Of a DNA stretch of 64,000 nt, positions 36,234-49,548 are shown one piece after another. Under the pieces are notes generated by a model. That model was not told where the DNA came from, ran no database searches, and saw only the letters and a program-made list of their open reading frames with translations. The DNA lies in assembly GCF_963921235.1 (NCBI RefSeq), contig NW_026948187.1, positions 6,944,001-7,008,000 on the forward strand, written 5' to 3'. A program made the position numbers and the translations under genes. The first letter of the stretch is position 1; the number at the start of each line of letters is the position of its first letter. This DNA comes from Mobula hypostoma (lineage: Eukaryota).

Positions 36234-38659
36234 ATCGAGGTTATCCGATGTGGAACCCTTGAAAATCAGTCTATACGTCATGGTGCAGGTCAACGTCGGG
36301 CTTAGAAATTTTCAGGTGTATTAACTGTTTGATCGCGGTCCTGTGAGTGCTAACAGCCTGTATCACCTTCCAGAAGATGAAGAGAGCATGACCTGTGTGA
36401 TGGGGATCACTGATCATGGATTTTGCTTTCCTGCTACTGAGCTCCTTGTAGATATAGTGAATAATGAGGAAGGTTTTCCCCGTGATGGACTGGGATGTGT
36501 TAACTTAATTTTAAAAGAATATTTTCTTTCAGCCTGTACAGGAATCCATGCTCTTGTTGTAGAACCATGACCACAGTACGAATTCCGATGCCACTCCAGC
36601 AGCTTTAAATGACTCCCCACTGATCTCACTCCTGCCGGTGAACAGTGCAAGCAGGACCAGTCCTGCGCCGGCCCGCACAGGGTCTCCCGCACCAACGTTC
36701 AAGATCCCTAACCGGCTTTTCTGCTGAGGTGACCCTCCACCTGCCAGTCTGCCGGTTTCGCCTGGTGTACCCGGTATTGCCAATGCGGTGCGGTCTCCAC
36801 CTCTTCGGTGAGATCCGAATGTGTTTCGGGAACGTTTCTTCCTAGTCCTTCGGCTCCGTCCTGCTCAATAGTTAAAACTGCCCTAGGTCTGCAAATCTAC
36901 CCCATCTTCCCATTGTCATACTGAGAGATTATTCTTGATTTTTAAAAATTATATTTACTGATAGTGCGCCGCCCCAACAAAAACGTGAGAATACGATTTA
37001 ACCATAAACTGATCAGGGACAATTTACAAAATAATAAATAACCTACCGGACAGTTCCTTTACCGGTGTAAAGACAGACGGGGAAGACGAGCACATTGAAC
37101 GAGTGGGACGTAAAGATTGTCCTTACCGAGGACACAGCAAGTGATCTCGGAACTCCGACGCTAACCGTTAGGCTGAGAGCCCGACCACGGACTTTGCTGC
37201 TGGAAAGATATTTTTTAGCGGAAATAATTCATATTCTGCCTGGGCAGTTTACTACCTGAGTATATGAACATCGATTTCTCCAGCACCAGCTTCTTTGTCC
37301 CCGCTCACTATTTTCGCCTGTTCCATCCACGTTTCTGGTTCCTCTCTAGTTTCTTCTTTACAGTTCGCTTACCCATCTTCTCCCCCCGGTGAACCTCCTT
37401 CCTCGCTCTCGTGCACGAGCTAGTGTCCTCAGATTCCCACATTTACGTTCTCGTACAGTTTCCACCGATCATCGCTCAGCTTCTTACATGACCCCGCCCA
37501 ATCCTACACTGTCCATCACTTATTTTCACAACACCCCGCCCCTGCCTCAGTAGGTAATCTACCTCATTGTCTCCTCAGCCGGCCCCTTGACCTTTCCAAT
37601 CCAGAAAAAGTCTCTCCAAAGTGTCAGCTGTTCATTCTCTTCATTGTAACATGACAGCACCAGAGCAGTCCCGTCGGCCCACAAAGTCGCGCTTAGATAA
37701 GTAACCTAATGACTAACTAATCTTGTCTGCTTGCATTATGTGCATATCCTTCTATTTTCCACAGAGGCACATGTCTGTCTCAGCAGCTCCCCAATGTCTC
37801 CCCTCCTTGTGTCCCTACCACCACACCAGGAAGTGCAGCCCTTGCACCCACTACTCTATGTGTAAAGGAATCGCTCTTTAGAGTTCATTTGAAATTACCG
37901 CCCGAAGAACCTCCGGCACTTTGTGTATGTTTCAAATTAAATTTTGGGTCGTCTGCAAGATTATTAGTCAACTCTTTTACATGCAACCGAGTCATTTATA
38001 AATATCACAAATCCCGGAACAGCTCACTGTCGAACTTTATCTACAGACTGTTATTTCACCATTGTAATTAAAATGCGATTCCCAGGTGACAGATTGAAAT
38101 CTCTGCATTGTCGACTGTCATCTTCTAGTGGCATACTTTTATTTTTGCATTGTGTATCAAACAGCAGAGGGTCATAGTCATAGACTTACACGCCGGGGAG
38201 ATAATCCCGTATTTCTCTATCGTTTCGAAGCAACAGACACCGAACTGTCGTATTACTTTGACACAGTTATGATTTCTGTGACCACATTTTCAACCCATCT
38301 GCACTTTTACCAGGCTCCTTCAACATCTCCAACTCCATCACTTTTTGTGTCATCGAGAGGCATATTAAGGAATCACCACAATTTTCATGCAAGTTAAACG
38401 CCGTTACATCTCCAACACTTGTCACATGCAGAATGGTTGCCCTCCAACCTAAAGCTCTGTCCTCTATGTCCAGGACAAACTTGAATCCATGCCATACAAT
38501 GCAGATCGGTGCCGTGGATCAGCCTACCGGAAGAGGTCAGTCTCAAAAGCTTACTTCCAGTAGGCTACCAACTGTCGGGCCTTGGCTGGTGCAAAGCATC
38601 ACGGTCCCAGCGGCCCTTCAATTTACAATGACCAATTAACCTAACAGATGATCTTGTTG

Positions 38660-41480
38660 TGCAGCTATAGATTGGCAGGTATGATACTGTGGCCATCACT
38701 GAGACCTGGCTAAAGTATGCCTGTCTCTGGGAGTTGAACAACCAAGGATACACGGTGTATCGGAAGGATAGGGAGGTAGGCAGAGGGGAGGCGTGGCTTT
38801 ATTGGTAAAAACTGATATTAAATCCTTAGAAAGAGGTGATATAGGATCGGAAAGTGCAGAATCTTTATGGGTTGAGCTAAGAAATAGCAGGGGTAAAGGG
38901 ACCCTTATGGCAGTTATTTATAGGCCTCCAAACAGCTGCAGGGATGTGGACTACAAATTACGACTGGAGATAGACAAGGCTTGTCAGAATGGCAGTGTTA
39001 TGATAATTGTGGGGAATTTTAACATGCGAATAGATTGGGAAAATCAGGTCAGCACTGGACCTCAAGAGAGAGAATTTGTAGAATGTCTGCGAGATGGCCT
39101 TTCAGAACAGCTTGTTGTTGAGCCTACCAGGGGATCGGCTGTACTGGATTGGGTATTGTGTAATGAACGGGAGGTGATTAGAGAGATTGAGGTGAAGGAA
39201 CCCTTAGGAGGCAGTGATCATAACATGATTGAGTTCACTTTGAAATTAGAAAAAGAGAAACCGAAATCTGATGGAGTAAAGGAAATTACAGTGGCATGAG
39301 AGAGGAACTGGCCAAAGTTGACTGGAAAGGGACACTGGCAGGAAAGACAGCAGAACAGCAATGGCTGGAGTTTATGCGAGGAATGAAGAATATGCAAGAC
39401 AGGTATATTCCAAAAAAGAAGACATTTACGAGTGGAAAAATGAGGCAACCATGGTTGACAAGAAAAGTCAAAGCCAAAGTTAAAACAAAGAAGAGGGCAT
39501 ACAAGTAACCAAAAAATAGTGGGAAACAGAGTATTGGGAAGATTGTAGAACCCGACAAAAGGAAACCAAGAAGAAAATTAAGAGAGAAAATATTAACTAT
39601 GAAAGGAAGCTAGCAAATAATATCAAAGAGGATACTAAAAGCTTTTTCAAGTATATAAAGAGTAAAAGACAGGTGAGAGTAGATATAGGACCAATGGAAA
39701 ATGATGCTGGAGAAATTGTTATGGGAGATAAGGAGATGGCAGAGGAACTGAACGAGTATTTAGCATCATCTTCACTGAGGAAGACATGAGCAGTATACCG
39801 GACACTCAAGGGTGGCAGGGAAGAGAAGTGTGCGCAGTCACAATTACGACAGAGAAAGTACTCAGGAAGCTGAATAGGCTAAAGGTAGATAAATCTTACG
39901 GACCAGATGGAATGCACCCTCGTGTTCTGAAGGAAGTAGCTGTGGAGATTCCGGAGGCATTAGCGATGATCTTTCAAAAGTCGATAGATTCTGGCATGGT
40001 TCCGGAAGACTGGAGATTGCAAATGTTACTCCGCTATTTAAGAAGGGGGCAAGGAAGCAAAAATGAAATTATAGACCTGTTTGCTTGACGACGGTGCTTG
40101 GGAAGTTGTTGGAGTGGATTGTCAAGGATGAGGTTATGGAGTACCTGGAGGCATATGACAAGATAGGCAGAACTCAGCATGGATTACTTAAAGGAAAATC
40201 CTGCCTGACAAACCTATGACAATGTTTTGAGGAAATTACCAGTAGGCTAGACAAGGGAGATGCAGTGGATGTTGTATATTTGGATTTTCAAAAGGCCTTT
40301 GACAAGGTGCCACACATGAGGCTACTTAACAAGATAAGAGCCCATGGAATTATGGGAAAGTTACGTACGTTGATAGAGCGTTGGCTGATTGGCAGGAAAC
40401 AGAGAGTGGGAATAAACGGATCCTATTCTGGTTGGCTGCCGGTTACCAGTGGTGTTCCACACGGATCAGTGTTGGGGCCGCTTCTTTTTACAATGCATAT
40501 CAATGATTTAATGATGGAATAGATGGTTTTGTGACTAAGTTAGCTGACGATACGAAGATAGGTGTAGGGGTCGGTAGTGCTGAAGAATCGGAGGGTCTGC
40601 AGAGAGACATGGATAGATTGGAAGAATGGGCAGAGAAGTTGCAAATGAGGTACAATGTTGGAAAGTGTATAGTTATGCCCTGTCAGAAATAAATAAACGG
40701 GCAGACTATTATTTAAATGGGTATAGAATTCAAAGATCTGCGATGTAACGGGACTTGGGAGACCTCGTACAGTATACCCTTAAAGATAACCTCCAGGTTG
40801 AGTCAATAGTGAAGAAGGTGAATGCAATGTCGGCAATCATTTCTGGAGGAACAGAGTATAGGAGCAGGGATGTGATTTTGAGGCTCTATAAGGCGCTGGT
40901 GAGACCCCACTTGAAGTAAAGTGGGCAATTTTGGTCTCCTTATTTAAGAAAGGATGTGCTGACTTTGGATAGGGTACAGAGAAGATTCACTAGAATGATT
41001 CCGGGAACGAGAGGGTTAACGTATGAGGAAAGTTTGTCCTCTCTTGGACTGTATTCCTTGGAGTTTGAAAGAATGAGGGGAGACCTCATAGAAACATTTC
41101 GAATGTTAAAAGGCATGGACAGAGTGGATGTGACAAAGTTGTTTCCCATGATGGGGGAGTCCAGTACGAGAGGGCATGGCTTAAAGATTGAAAGGCGCCC
41201 TTTCAGAACAGAAATGCGAAGATTTTTTTTTTAGTTAGAGGGTGGTGAATCTATGTAATTTGTTGCCACGGGCAGCAGTGGAGGCCAAGTCATTGGGTGT
41301 GTTTAAGGCAGAGATTGATAGGTATCTGAGTAGCCAGGGCATGAAAGGTTATGGTGAGAAGGCGGGGGAGTGGGACTAAATAGGAGAATGGAGCAGCTCA
41401 TGATACAATGGCGGAGCGGACTCGATGGGCCCAATGTCCTACTTCTGCCCCTTTGTCTTATGGTCTCATGGTATGATGAA
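38660..41480 (+). mobile_element. 5'-truncated CR1 LINE (APE endonuclease + RT + 3' tail), inserted just past the gene B stop codon
   Basis: [47 protein letters not shown]; TATGGTC-type tail at ~41460-41475; several frameshifts. Confidence 0.92.
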
Positions 41481-41511
41481 ATGGGATATCTTGGGCGGTA
41501 TGGGAGAAGTG

Positions 41512-42437
41512 TCACCGAGCATTAATGCAATCCTGACAACGCCGAGTGCACTTTGCCATGAGACGTAAGGGCGATTTCACCGTCTCCTTCAGCTGCTCCC
41601 TGAACCTGGCCTGGACCACGGCGTAAAGGGCCGTGTTGGTGCAGCAGCTGAGGAGCTGCAGCATGTAGCCCAGCTCCCGCAGAGACTCCGGGGGAATCGA
41701 GTAAATGTAAAAAATCAGGCTCTCCCATACGGAACACACCGTCAGCAGCGCCCACAGCAGGATGAAATTCCCCGACATAACCAGCAGTAACAGAAGGGAT
41801 TTCCTGCGATTCTTCATCTCCGGGTCGGCGGCCGTTTCGCCAACCCGCGAACCACGGAGTCTCCTCCGGGCTCGGCTGGCTACGAAGACGTGTCTGATGG
41901 TTAAACTATTGAGCAGGAGTATCAGGACAAAGGGGAATATTGGGGTGAGGAGGAAATGAATCAGTAGAAATGTTGCCAGCTGAGAATGGGAAAATAGACG
42001 GTCACTAGTCAGGCAGATCAAGGACCTATTTAGTGATGCAAATAACTCATCCAGCATAAAGTACCAGAATATGTTCTTTAAGCAGATTAGCACAGTCACT
42101 GTCCCCAGAACCAGAGCCGCCGTTCGCCCGGTGCAGTATCTTCCTTTCAGTTCCTGAAAACAAATGGCGATAAACCTGTCAAAGGTGAAAGTGACGGTGA
42201 ACCAGACAGAACAGTCCGTGGCGGCGTAGAACAGGACGGCGTGGATATTACACACGCGAACACGACCTGACCAGTTGACAAACTCTATTGGCCAGTAAGT
42301 CACCGGAATCTTGCTCAATACCAGGTCGAAGAGAACGACGAGCTGATCCGCTGCTACCATGGCAACCAGGTACCTTGTGACGCCTTCGGAGAGACCGCAC
42401 TTTCCCCGAGACAGGATGACGATTGTCACCACGTTCA
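41512..42437 (-). CDS. GPR139-like: GPR139/GPR142-like GPCR gene B, exon 2; with exon 1 gives 368 aa
   Basis: Same acceptor and same 926-nt length as gene A exon 2; TFDRFIAIC and NTALYAV motifs; open frame. Confidence 0.9.
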
Positions 42438-43663
42438 CTGTGCGGACGTAAATATAAAAGATCAACACACATTTGTATGGACACATTCTCTGAAAGCAAT
42501 TATTGTAATCGATAGCACTCTCAATTGCAGAGATGAACATGGAATTCATGCAACTAAGAAGGACATTATCGGAATCCATTATTAAATTGGCAGTGATTAT
42601 AATGTACCTGCTGAAGTTCAGAAGGATGAGAGGAGTCTCATTGAAACTTATTGAACATTGAAAGGCCAAGATATCGTGGACGCGGAGAGGGTTGCTTCTG
42701 TCGTGGGGGAGTCTACAACCTGAAGACGAGTCTTGACAATAAAAAGACTTTCCTTTAGAATGGAAATGGGCCGTAATTTCTTCAGACCGAGACAGGTGAA
42801 TGTGTGGAATTCATCGGCACAGACGGCTCTGGGGCCAGTTCATTGGAACCATTGGCAGAGGAGAGTGACCGGTGCTTGATTCATCAGGTCGCCGTTTGCT
42901 ACGGTGCTGGGCGCCAGAATGTGGTTGAGTGAGATAATGAATCTGCTACACGGATTGGCGGCGAAGGCTCGGTGCTCGGCTGGTCGAATTTAGCTTCTGA
43001 GCCTTATGAGCAAAGCAGTGACAGCAACCGATTACTGAAACGTATTCTGATCTTCTGCACCAGGAGAACGAGTTGCAAACGGGAAGTCTTCAGAGAGTAA
43101 GGAACGAATTAATGTACCAAGTATCAGGGTGACAGAAATTCAACTGCCCTGAACTGTAAAGAGGAGTGAAGATGAGGACATAAGAACATTAATAATAGGA
43201 GCAGGAATAGTCCATCTGTTCGGACTGGCATGATCTGACAATGAAGAAGATCATGGCTGATCTGACCATGGACTCATCGCCGCATACCTCCCTTTTCCTC
43301 ATAGCCCTTAATTCGTCTACTATGCAAGATCAATGGCAGCCAGTCTTAAGTATATTTATTGAAGTAGGTTCCAGTGCTGCACTGAGCAGAGAATTCCCCA
43401 GATTAAACACCCTCTGAGAGAAAAAGTTCATCCTCATCACGGTCCTAAGTTTGATCCCCAGAATCCTCAGGCCATGCCCGTAGTTCTAATCTCACCTACC
43501 AGTGGAGACACGTTCACCTACCAGCTGTCACGTTCGCTTATATTAATATATTAATATCCCTTTGCATGCTATCAGTTTCCTCTGCAGCCGTTGTGTCGGC
43601 GATAGATCCTGGAGGTATGATACCCACGTAACCTTAGGCTTTTTAACTGGTGAGACGTTGGAG

Positions 43664-44460
43664 TGTTACATCCCTCGTGGGTATCCTGTGACTGTCTGAT
43701 GACCATGATGTAACTGAGTGTCTTGTGAGCAGGATGTAATGGTCTTGTGATGGTGCAGTGATGTAATTTTCCCGCCAGTGCGAGGTCATGTGATGACATG
43801 TTCTCAACAGGTATAGAACTGGGAACCCCTACTGTTACGCAGTTTGATTTGTTGTGTAATTCGTCATTTACTCCGTTATGCTGCGTCTTCGTCTCAGGAC
43901 ACAGTTTCATTTTAAAGTGGAGGTTTACAATTTTTTGTAATTCTGGTATTGGAGAGTGAGGATCTTACTAACGTACGGGAGCCTGAAGGATCAAGTAAAG
44001 TTGGTGTCGTTCAGGCAGTTTTATAAAGGATCTACCTCAGTGATTCTTCGTTCAGAAACAGTGACCTGCATCTGAGATATCCTGTAAGATAGGGAAGGTT
44101 TGTGCAGTGTCATTCGCCAGGACAAGGTCAGTTCATTTAAGCCAGTTTATTTCTGTCGTCGTGAATCCCGTGGACAGAATCAGCAGTATCGTCTCGTCTT
44201 CGAAGACATCCGTTTACAGAGAAGTCTTTCCTGATTGACTGTATAAATCAACTGGAATTCCGAAATAACCGTTTTAATAGTGTGTTCGAAGTTACCACTT
44301 TAAGAACTGTTCGAGAGTTGCCGTATCGCGGTTAACTTCCGGTTAAGTGAGTCGTTTGAATACTTCTCGCTATTGATGAGTAGAGTTTAATAAATGTTTG
44401 TTTGTTTGTTAATAAAAAAACTGACTCAATTATATTTTCTTTGTTGTTGGTCACGTGACA
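43664..44460 (+). mobile_element. Solo LTR in the gene B intron, related to the LTR at 23163-23943
   Basis: TGTTAC...GTGACA termini; flanks GGAG / GGAT (near-TSD); the equivalent site in the gene A intron (~30785-30795, GGAG|CTA) is empty. Confidence 0.8.
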
Positions 44461-45046
44461 GGATCTATTTCTTTCTTTCTTTCTTTCTTTATTCAATTCC
44501 GCTAATACCATGTTCTGTCATTATATTTAGCTCCCTAAAAGAACGAGCTCACACTGATCTATATTGTACGCCATCTGCCCCTTCTTAACGCAATTTTGCA
44601 TCCTATCAATGTCCGGCTGTAAATCTGAGAGCCTTCCACACTATCCACAACGCCCCGAATCTCTTTTTCATCACCACATTTATTAACGTATCTCTCCACT
44701 TCCTCATCCATGTCATTTATAAAAATCAGGAAGAGTAGGGGTGCCAGAAGAGATCCCTGAAGCATACCGCTGGTCAACGACTTCAATGCAGAATGTCTAC
44801 AATAACACTTTGCCCTCAATCGGCAAGCCATTTCTGGATCCACACAGCAATGTCCACTTGGATCACATGCCTCCTTGCTTTCACCATAAGCCTTGCATTA
44901 TCAAATACACTCAGCTGGTGTTTGCTGAAACGATACCGGTTGGAAAGACCTGCCTTGCAATTACCGAGTCTTCAGAGCACAGGTTTGAAAGAGCAGCTGA
45001 CTTATATTTTTCAGCACTAATCATGAGGATGAGACCCGACACTTAC

Positions 45047-45227
45047 CAAGAAGAGCTGCAATTGCGAGTACCGGGTAGTAAACCACTTGGAATGTCACAA
45101 GCGCAAGATAGATTCGATAGTCCAACGTCAGCAATTCGTAATATTCAACAAGACTTTGATACGCCCAGAAAATATTCTTCGCGATTCCCGTATCATTGGG
45201 CATAGCACTTCGCAGGTTATAATCCAT
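45047..45227 (-). CDS. GPR139-like: GPCR gene B exon 1 (MDYNLRSAMP..YYPVLAIAALL)
   Basis: ATG at 45227, 60 codons + G|GTAAG; homologous to gene A exon 1. Confidence 0.87.
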
Positions 45228-45365
45228 TGCTGCGATCGTCCAGATTCCTGTTCGCGACGCAGCCTCTGTCTTCTCTCTGTCTGCAGCCGCTGGTCTCTGA
45301 TAGCGCGGACTGGCGGCTCTCACTGACACTGTCGTTATGAGGGCGACATTTTAAGAGACCGGGCC

Positions 45366-45406
45366 ACCAGCAGCCACACCTCCGCGGTGACGTCGACAAT
45401 CCCCAC
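45366..45406 (-). promoter_or_regulatory. Conserved 41-bp upstream block with CRE-like TGACGTC (gene B)
   Basis: Identical to 31669-31709. Confidence 0.55.
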
Positions 45407-45569
45407 AGACACTCCCTTCATTAACTTCTACGGAATGACAGGTGCAATTAACCCTTCATTTGCAGGCCGTCAGAGAAGGGATAAAAAGCAGATTGGAAGT
45501 GTATCTAATAATCCCAGCAGGTGGCGGGCGAATTGTCTAACAGCGTTCAGTCACAGTGTTCCTCTCTCA

Positions 45570-46700
45570 TGCACCTAGTTCGCCCACTACAACATCAGCC
45601 AAAGTGTTAGAATCTTCCACAGTGAAGACCGATGCTACATATTCATATAGTTGGTCTGCCATCTCCTTGCCCCGCGTTGTTATTTCTCTTGCCTCATTTT
45701 CTAGCTGTCCTATATCCACTCACATTTCTCCTTTATTTTTATATACTTGAAAACGTTGCACTGTCCACTGTAATATTTTTGTTTGCTTGTTTTCATATTT
45801 CATCTATTTTCCTTCCAATGATTCTTTTAATTACTTGCTGTACGATTTAAATTGCTTCCCAATCGTTTGACCTCCCCTTCATTTTTGCTCTGCTGTTTGC
45901 CCTCCCTATTGCTTTTACAGTACTTTTGACGTCCCTTGTCAACTCCGATCATACTATTTTGCTATTTGAGTATTTTTTTTTGGAATAGATCTATTCTGCA
46001 CGTTGCTCGCTTTTACCAGGAGCTCACGCCATTTCTGCCCTACAAACAACACCGACAGCATCTCCTTCAAACTTACTTTGGCTAAGTCTTTCCCATACCA
46101 TTGTAATTTCCCCTACTGCACTGAAATACTGCTTCCTCAGACTTTAACTTCTCCCTCTCATATGTCAAGTTGAACTCAATCATATTGTGAACACTGCTTC
46201 CGAAGGCTTATTTCACCATTAGCTCCCGAATTATTTCCGATTCATTTCATAACACCTAATCCAGAATAGCTGATCACCGCGTCGGCCGAATGACAAACTG
46301 CAGAAGCAAGCCAACCCAATCGACCTGCAAGTGGACAAATCCTATGGCTATCGAAACATTGCCCTCCAGGCACACATTTTCCCGTTGAAATCTGTGGTCT
46401 GTATCTAATCTACCGTCGGGATGACTGTATATATCTCCCATGAGGATTCTGTTACCCTGGCAGTTTCTGAACTCAACAGACAAGTATTCGACAGCTTATG
46501 ATCCCATGCCACATTTTCTACTGAGCAGCTGCCATTATTTTCTGCACAGCCAAGCCACCCACTCTGCCGACCTCCCTGTCCCTCCGCTACAACCTAAAGC
46601 CTCGGACATTCAGTTCCGAAATTCAACCACATTCATCCACGATTCAGTGATGGCCACAACATCACACAATCTGAGGATCTGTAACGGTTTAACAAGACCA
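45570..46700 (-). mobile_element. Old CR1 ORF2 (APE) fragment
   Basis: Homologous to 34950-35700 and, inverted, to 62400-63560. Confidence 0.7.
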
Positions 46701-48019
46701 TCCGCTTTATGTCTGAAGCTGGAGTTGCAGGTCAGTGTCATTCGGGTCTTTACGGTAGAAGGAAATGTTACCGCTCATTTGCAGGTGCCAGGTATCTGTG
46801 TGAACGACCGGAGAGGGAACAGGTATAAACAGACTCTGAGGTTGTTCCCATAAGTAACAGGTGTACAGACTTGGATATTGTTGGTGGGACTACCGACCAT
46901 GGGACTGCCGCAGCGGCCAAGTCTCCGGGACTGACTCCGACGCGGTGGCTCAGAATGGAAGGGAGAGAGGAGGAGTTGCAGGGGATTGATCAGTTGGAGG
47001 AGTGGAGAGAATGTTCAGTGGACACACCCAGATGGTGGAGAAAAAGGCCAGAACATGTGGCAACAGGGTACTGACCCAGTGCAGAGTTGGGCTCTCTAAA
47101 ATGTCGCTATAATGTTTGGGCTGTGGGAGGAAATGTGCGCAACAGTTGTCTATGAAACGGAGAAGAGAAAAACTCCAGACTACGAGGTACCCGGTCAAGA
47201 TGCTGGTCAGCGTTTAGGAGAAGTTACGTACAAATCAGTATCTCAGGTGGAATAACTCCAGTGCAAGACACGATTCCTGAAGCGTCAGCGGGAAAACAAG
47301 AAAAACTCTGATGCATCCATACCGATCGAAGGTGTTTCTGCGAGAGCAATACTTCTGACAGTATTTCACATTTCCTGCCGAATCTCAATATATAAATAGA
47401 CAGCCGGTGCCCTTTCCTCAGCAATCACGCTCCCCACATTCCCAATGTACTCAATCCGATCCGACAGATACGATCACCACGGCACAAAGTGTCCCAGAGA
47501 TTCTTTAATTTACGAAGAGGAAGTGTGATGACAGTTGCTGCTTGGGAAGAATGAAACGCGATTGAATGCGTAGTTTTACGATTCCGAGGTAATGAGTTAT
47601 TCTTGAGCTGGCAGACAGATCTCCAAAGATTAAAGGTGCGAGCGGAGATCTCGGTCAGTCTTGGGCAAGTGACCTGCCTGAAACGGGAAATCGCAGGGGC
47701 TCTTGGAACCAATGGGCCTTCGTCGGAGGAAAGAGACAGAGCTACACTGCGGGCATTAGGGCCTCATTAGGGCCGCATGGAACAGTGTCTTCTTGCGATT
47801 GTGATGTGAAATAACGGTAGAATCACACATTTGGCGGAACTGAAGGTGACATTGCAGGGAACTCGCGAAGAAATTAAACTGGAAGAAGCACAGTGGAGGC
47901 AGATTGGGAACACGTCCCCGAAGATGTTCGAGCCTGGGGTGGGGAGCGCGGGAGCTAATCGGAACCGTCTATAAACCCACTGGCGCAATTGGATATTTTG
48001 CGGCGGTATGGGAGAAGCG

Positions 48020-48942
48020 TCACCGATGATTAATGCGCTCCTGACAATGCTGAGTGAACTTCGTCATTAGACGGAAGGGAGATTTCACGTCTCCTTCAAC
48101 TGCAGCCTGAACTTTGTCTGGACCACGGCGTAAAGGGCCGTGTTGGTGCAGCAGGTCAGCAGTTGCAGCGTGTAGCCCAGTTCCCGCAGGGAATTCGAGC
48201 GGAACACGTTAATGTAAAAATACAGGCTCTCCCATGCGGAAAGCACCATCAGCAGCGCCCACAGCAGGATGAAATTCCCCGACATCAGCAGCAGTAACAG
48301 GACGGATTGCCTGCGGTTCTTCATCTCCGGGTCAGCATGCGTCTCGCCATCGCGCGAACCTTGGAGTCTCCTCCGGGCTCCGCTGGCGACTAAGACGTGC
48401 CTGATGGTTGAACAGTTTAACAGGAGAATCAAGAAAAAGGGGAAAATTTGGGTGAGGAACACATGAATAAATGTAAATGCTGTCTCCTGAGATTTGGAAA
48501 AAACGAAATGAACGCATACAGAGCAAGGACCTATTTAATGACGAATATGACTCATCCAGCATAAAGTACCAGAATATGTTCTTTACGCAGATCAGCACAG
48601 TCACTGTCCCCAGAACCAGAGCCGCCGCTCTCCCGGTGCAGTATTTTCGTTTCAGCTTCTGAAAACAAATGGAGACAAATCGGTCAAAGGTGAAAGTGAC
48701 GGTGAACCAGACAGAATAGTCCGTTGCGGTGTAGTACACGACGGCGTGAATATTACACATGGGAACACGAGGTGACCAGAGGAAAAGCTCCATTGGCATG
48801 TATGTCCTTGGAATCTTCATCAATACCAGGTCGAAGAGAACGACGAGCTGATCCGCTGCTACCATGGCAACCAGGTACCTTGTGACGCCTTCGGAGAGAC
48901 CGCACTTTCCCCGAGACAGGTTGACGATTGTCACCACGTTCA
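48020..48942 (-). pseudogene. GPR139-like: GPR139-like gene C: exon 2 only, two frameshifts
   Basis: 923 nt versus 926 in A/B. 2-nt deletion in the A-run at 48498-48503; 1-nt deletion at 48088 creating TGA at 48085-48087. No exon 1 found upstream in the window. Confidence 0.85.
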
Positions 48943-49111
48943 CTGTGCGGAGGGAAATAAAGACCATTGACACACATTTGGATGGAAGCATTCTCTGAAA
49001 ACAATTATTTTAATCCACAGCACTTCCGAGAGCAGCGATGAACATGGAATCAATGTATCTGCTTAGGAGGTTGTCGGGAGCTGTTACTAAATCAGCGGTG
49101 ATTATAATGTA

Positions 49112-49510
49112 GTCATGGTCATACTTTATTGCTCCCGGGGGAAATTGGTTTTCGTTACAGTTGCACCATAAATAATAAATAGTAATAAAACCATAAATAG
49201 TTAAATAGTAATATGTAATTTATGCCAGTAAATAATGAAATAAGTCCAGGACCAGCATATTGGCTCAGGGTGTCTGACCCTCGAAGGGAGAAGTTGTAAA
49301 GTTTGATGGCCACAGGCAGGAATGACTTCCTATGACGTTCTGTGCTGCATCTCGGTGGAATGAGTCTCTGGCTGAATGTACTCCTGTGCCCACCCAGTCC
49401 ATTATGTAGTGGATGGAAGACATTGTCCAAGATGGCATGCAACTTAGACAGCATCCTGTTTTCAGACACCACCGTGAGAGAGTCCAGTTCCATCCCCACA
49501 ACATCACTGG
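49112..49510 (-). mobile_element. Rex1-type LINE 3' end, near-identical to 28840-29238
   Basis: The ORF-track translations of the two copies differ at only two residues over 114 aa. Confidence 0.85.
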
Positions 49511-49548
49511 CCTGCTGAAATTCAGCGGAATGAGGGGAATCTCATTGA

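Noticed and set aside
42438-42669. N-terminal extension of the 385-aa GPCR ORF (also 28671-28719 and 48943-48991)
   Set aside because: Intronic read-through. TM1 is completed only by splicing to the upstream exon 1.
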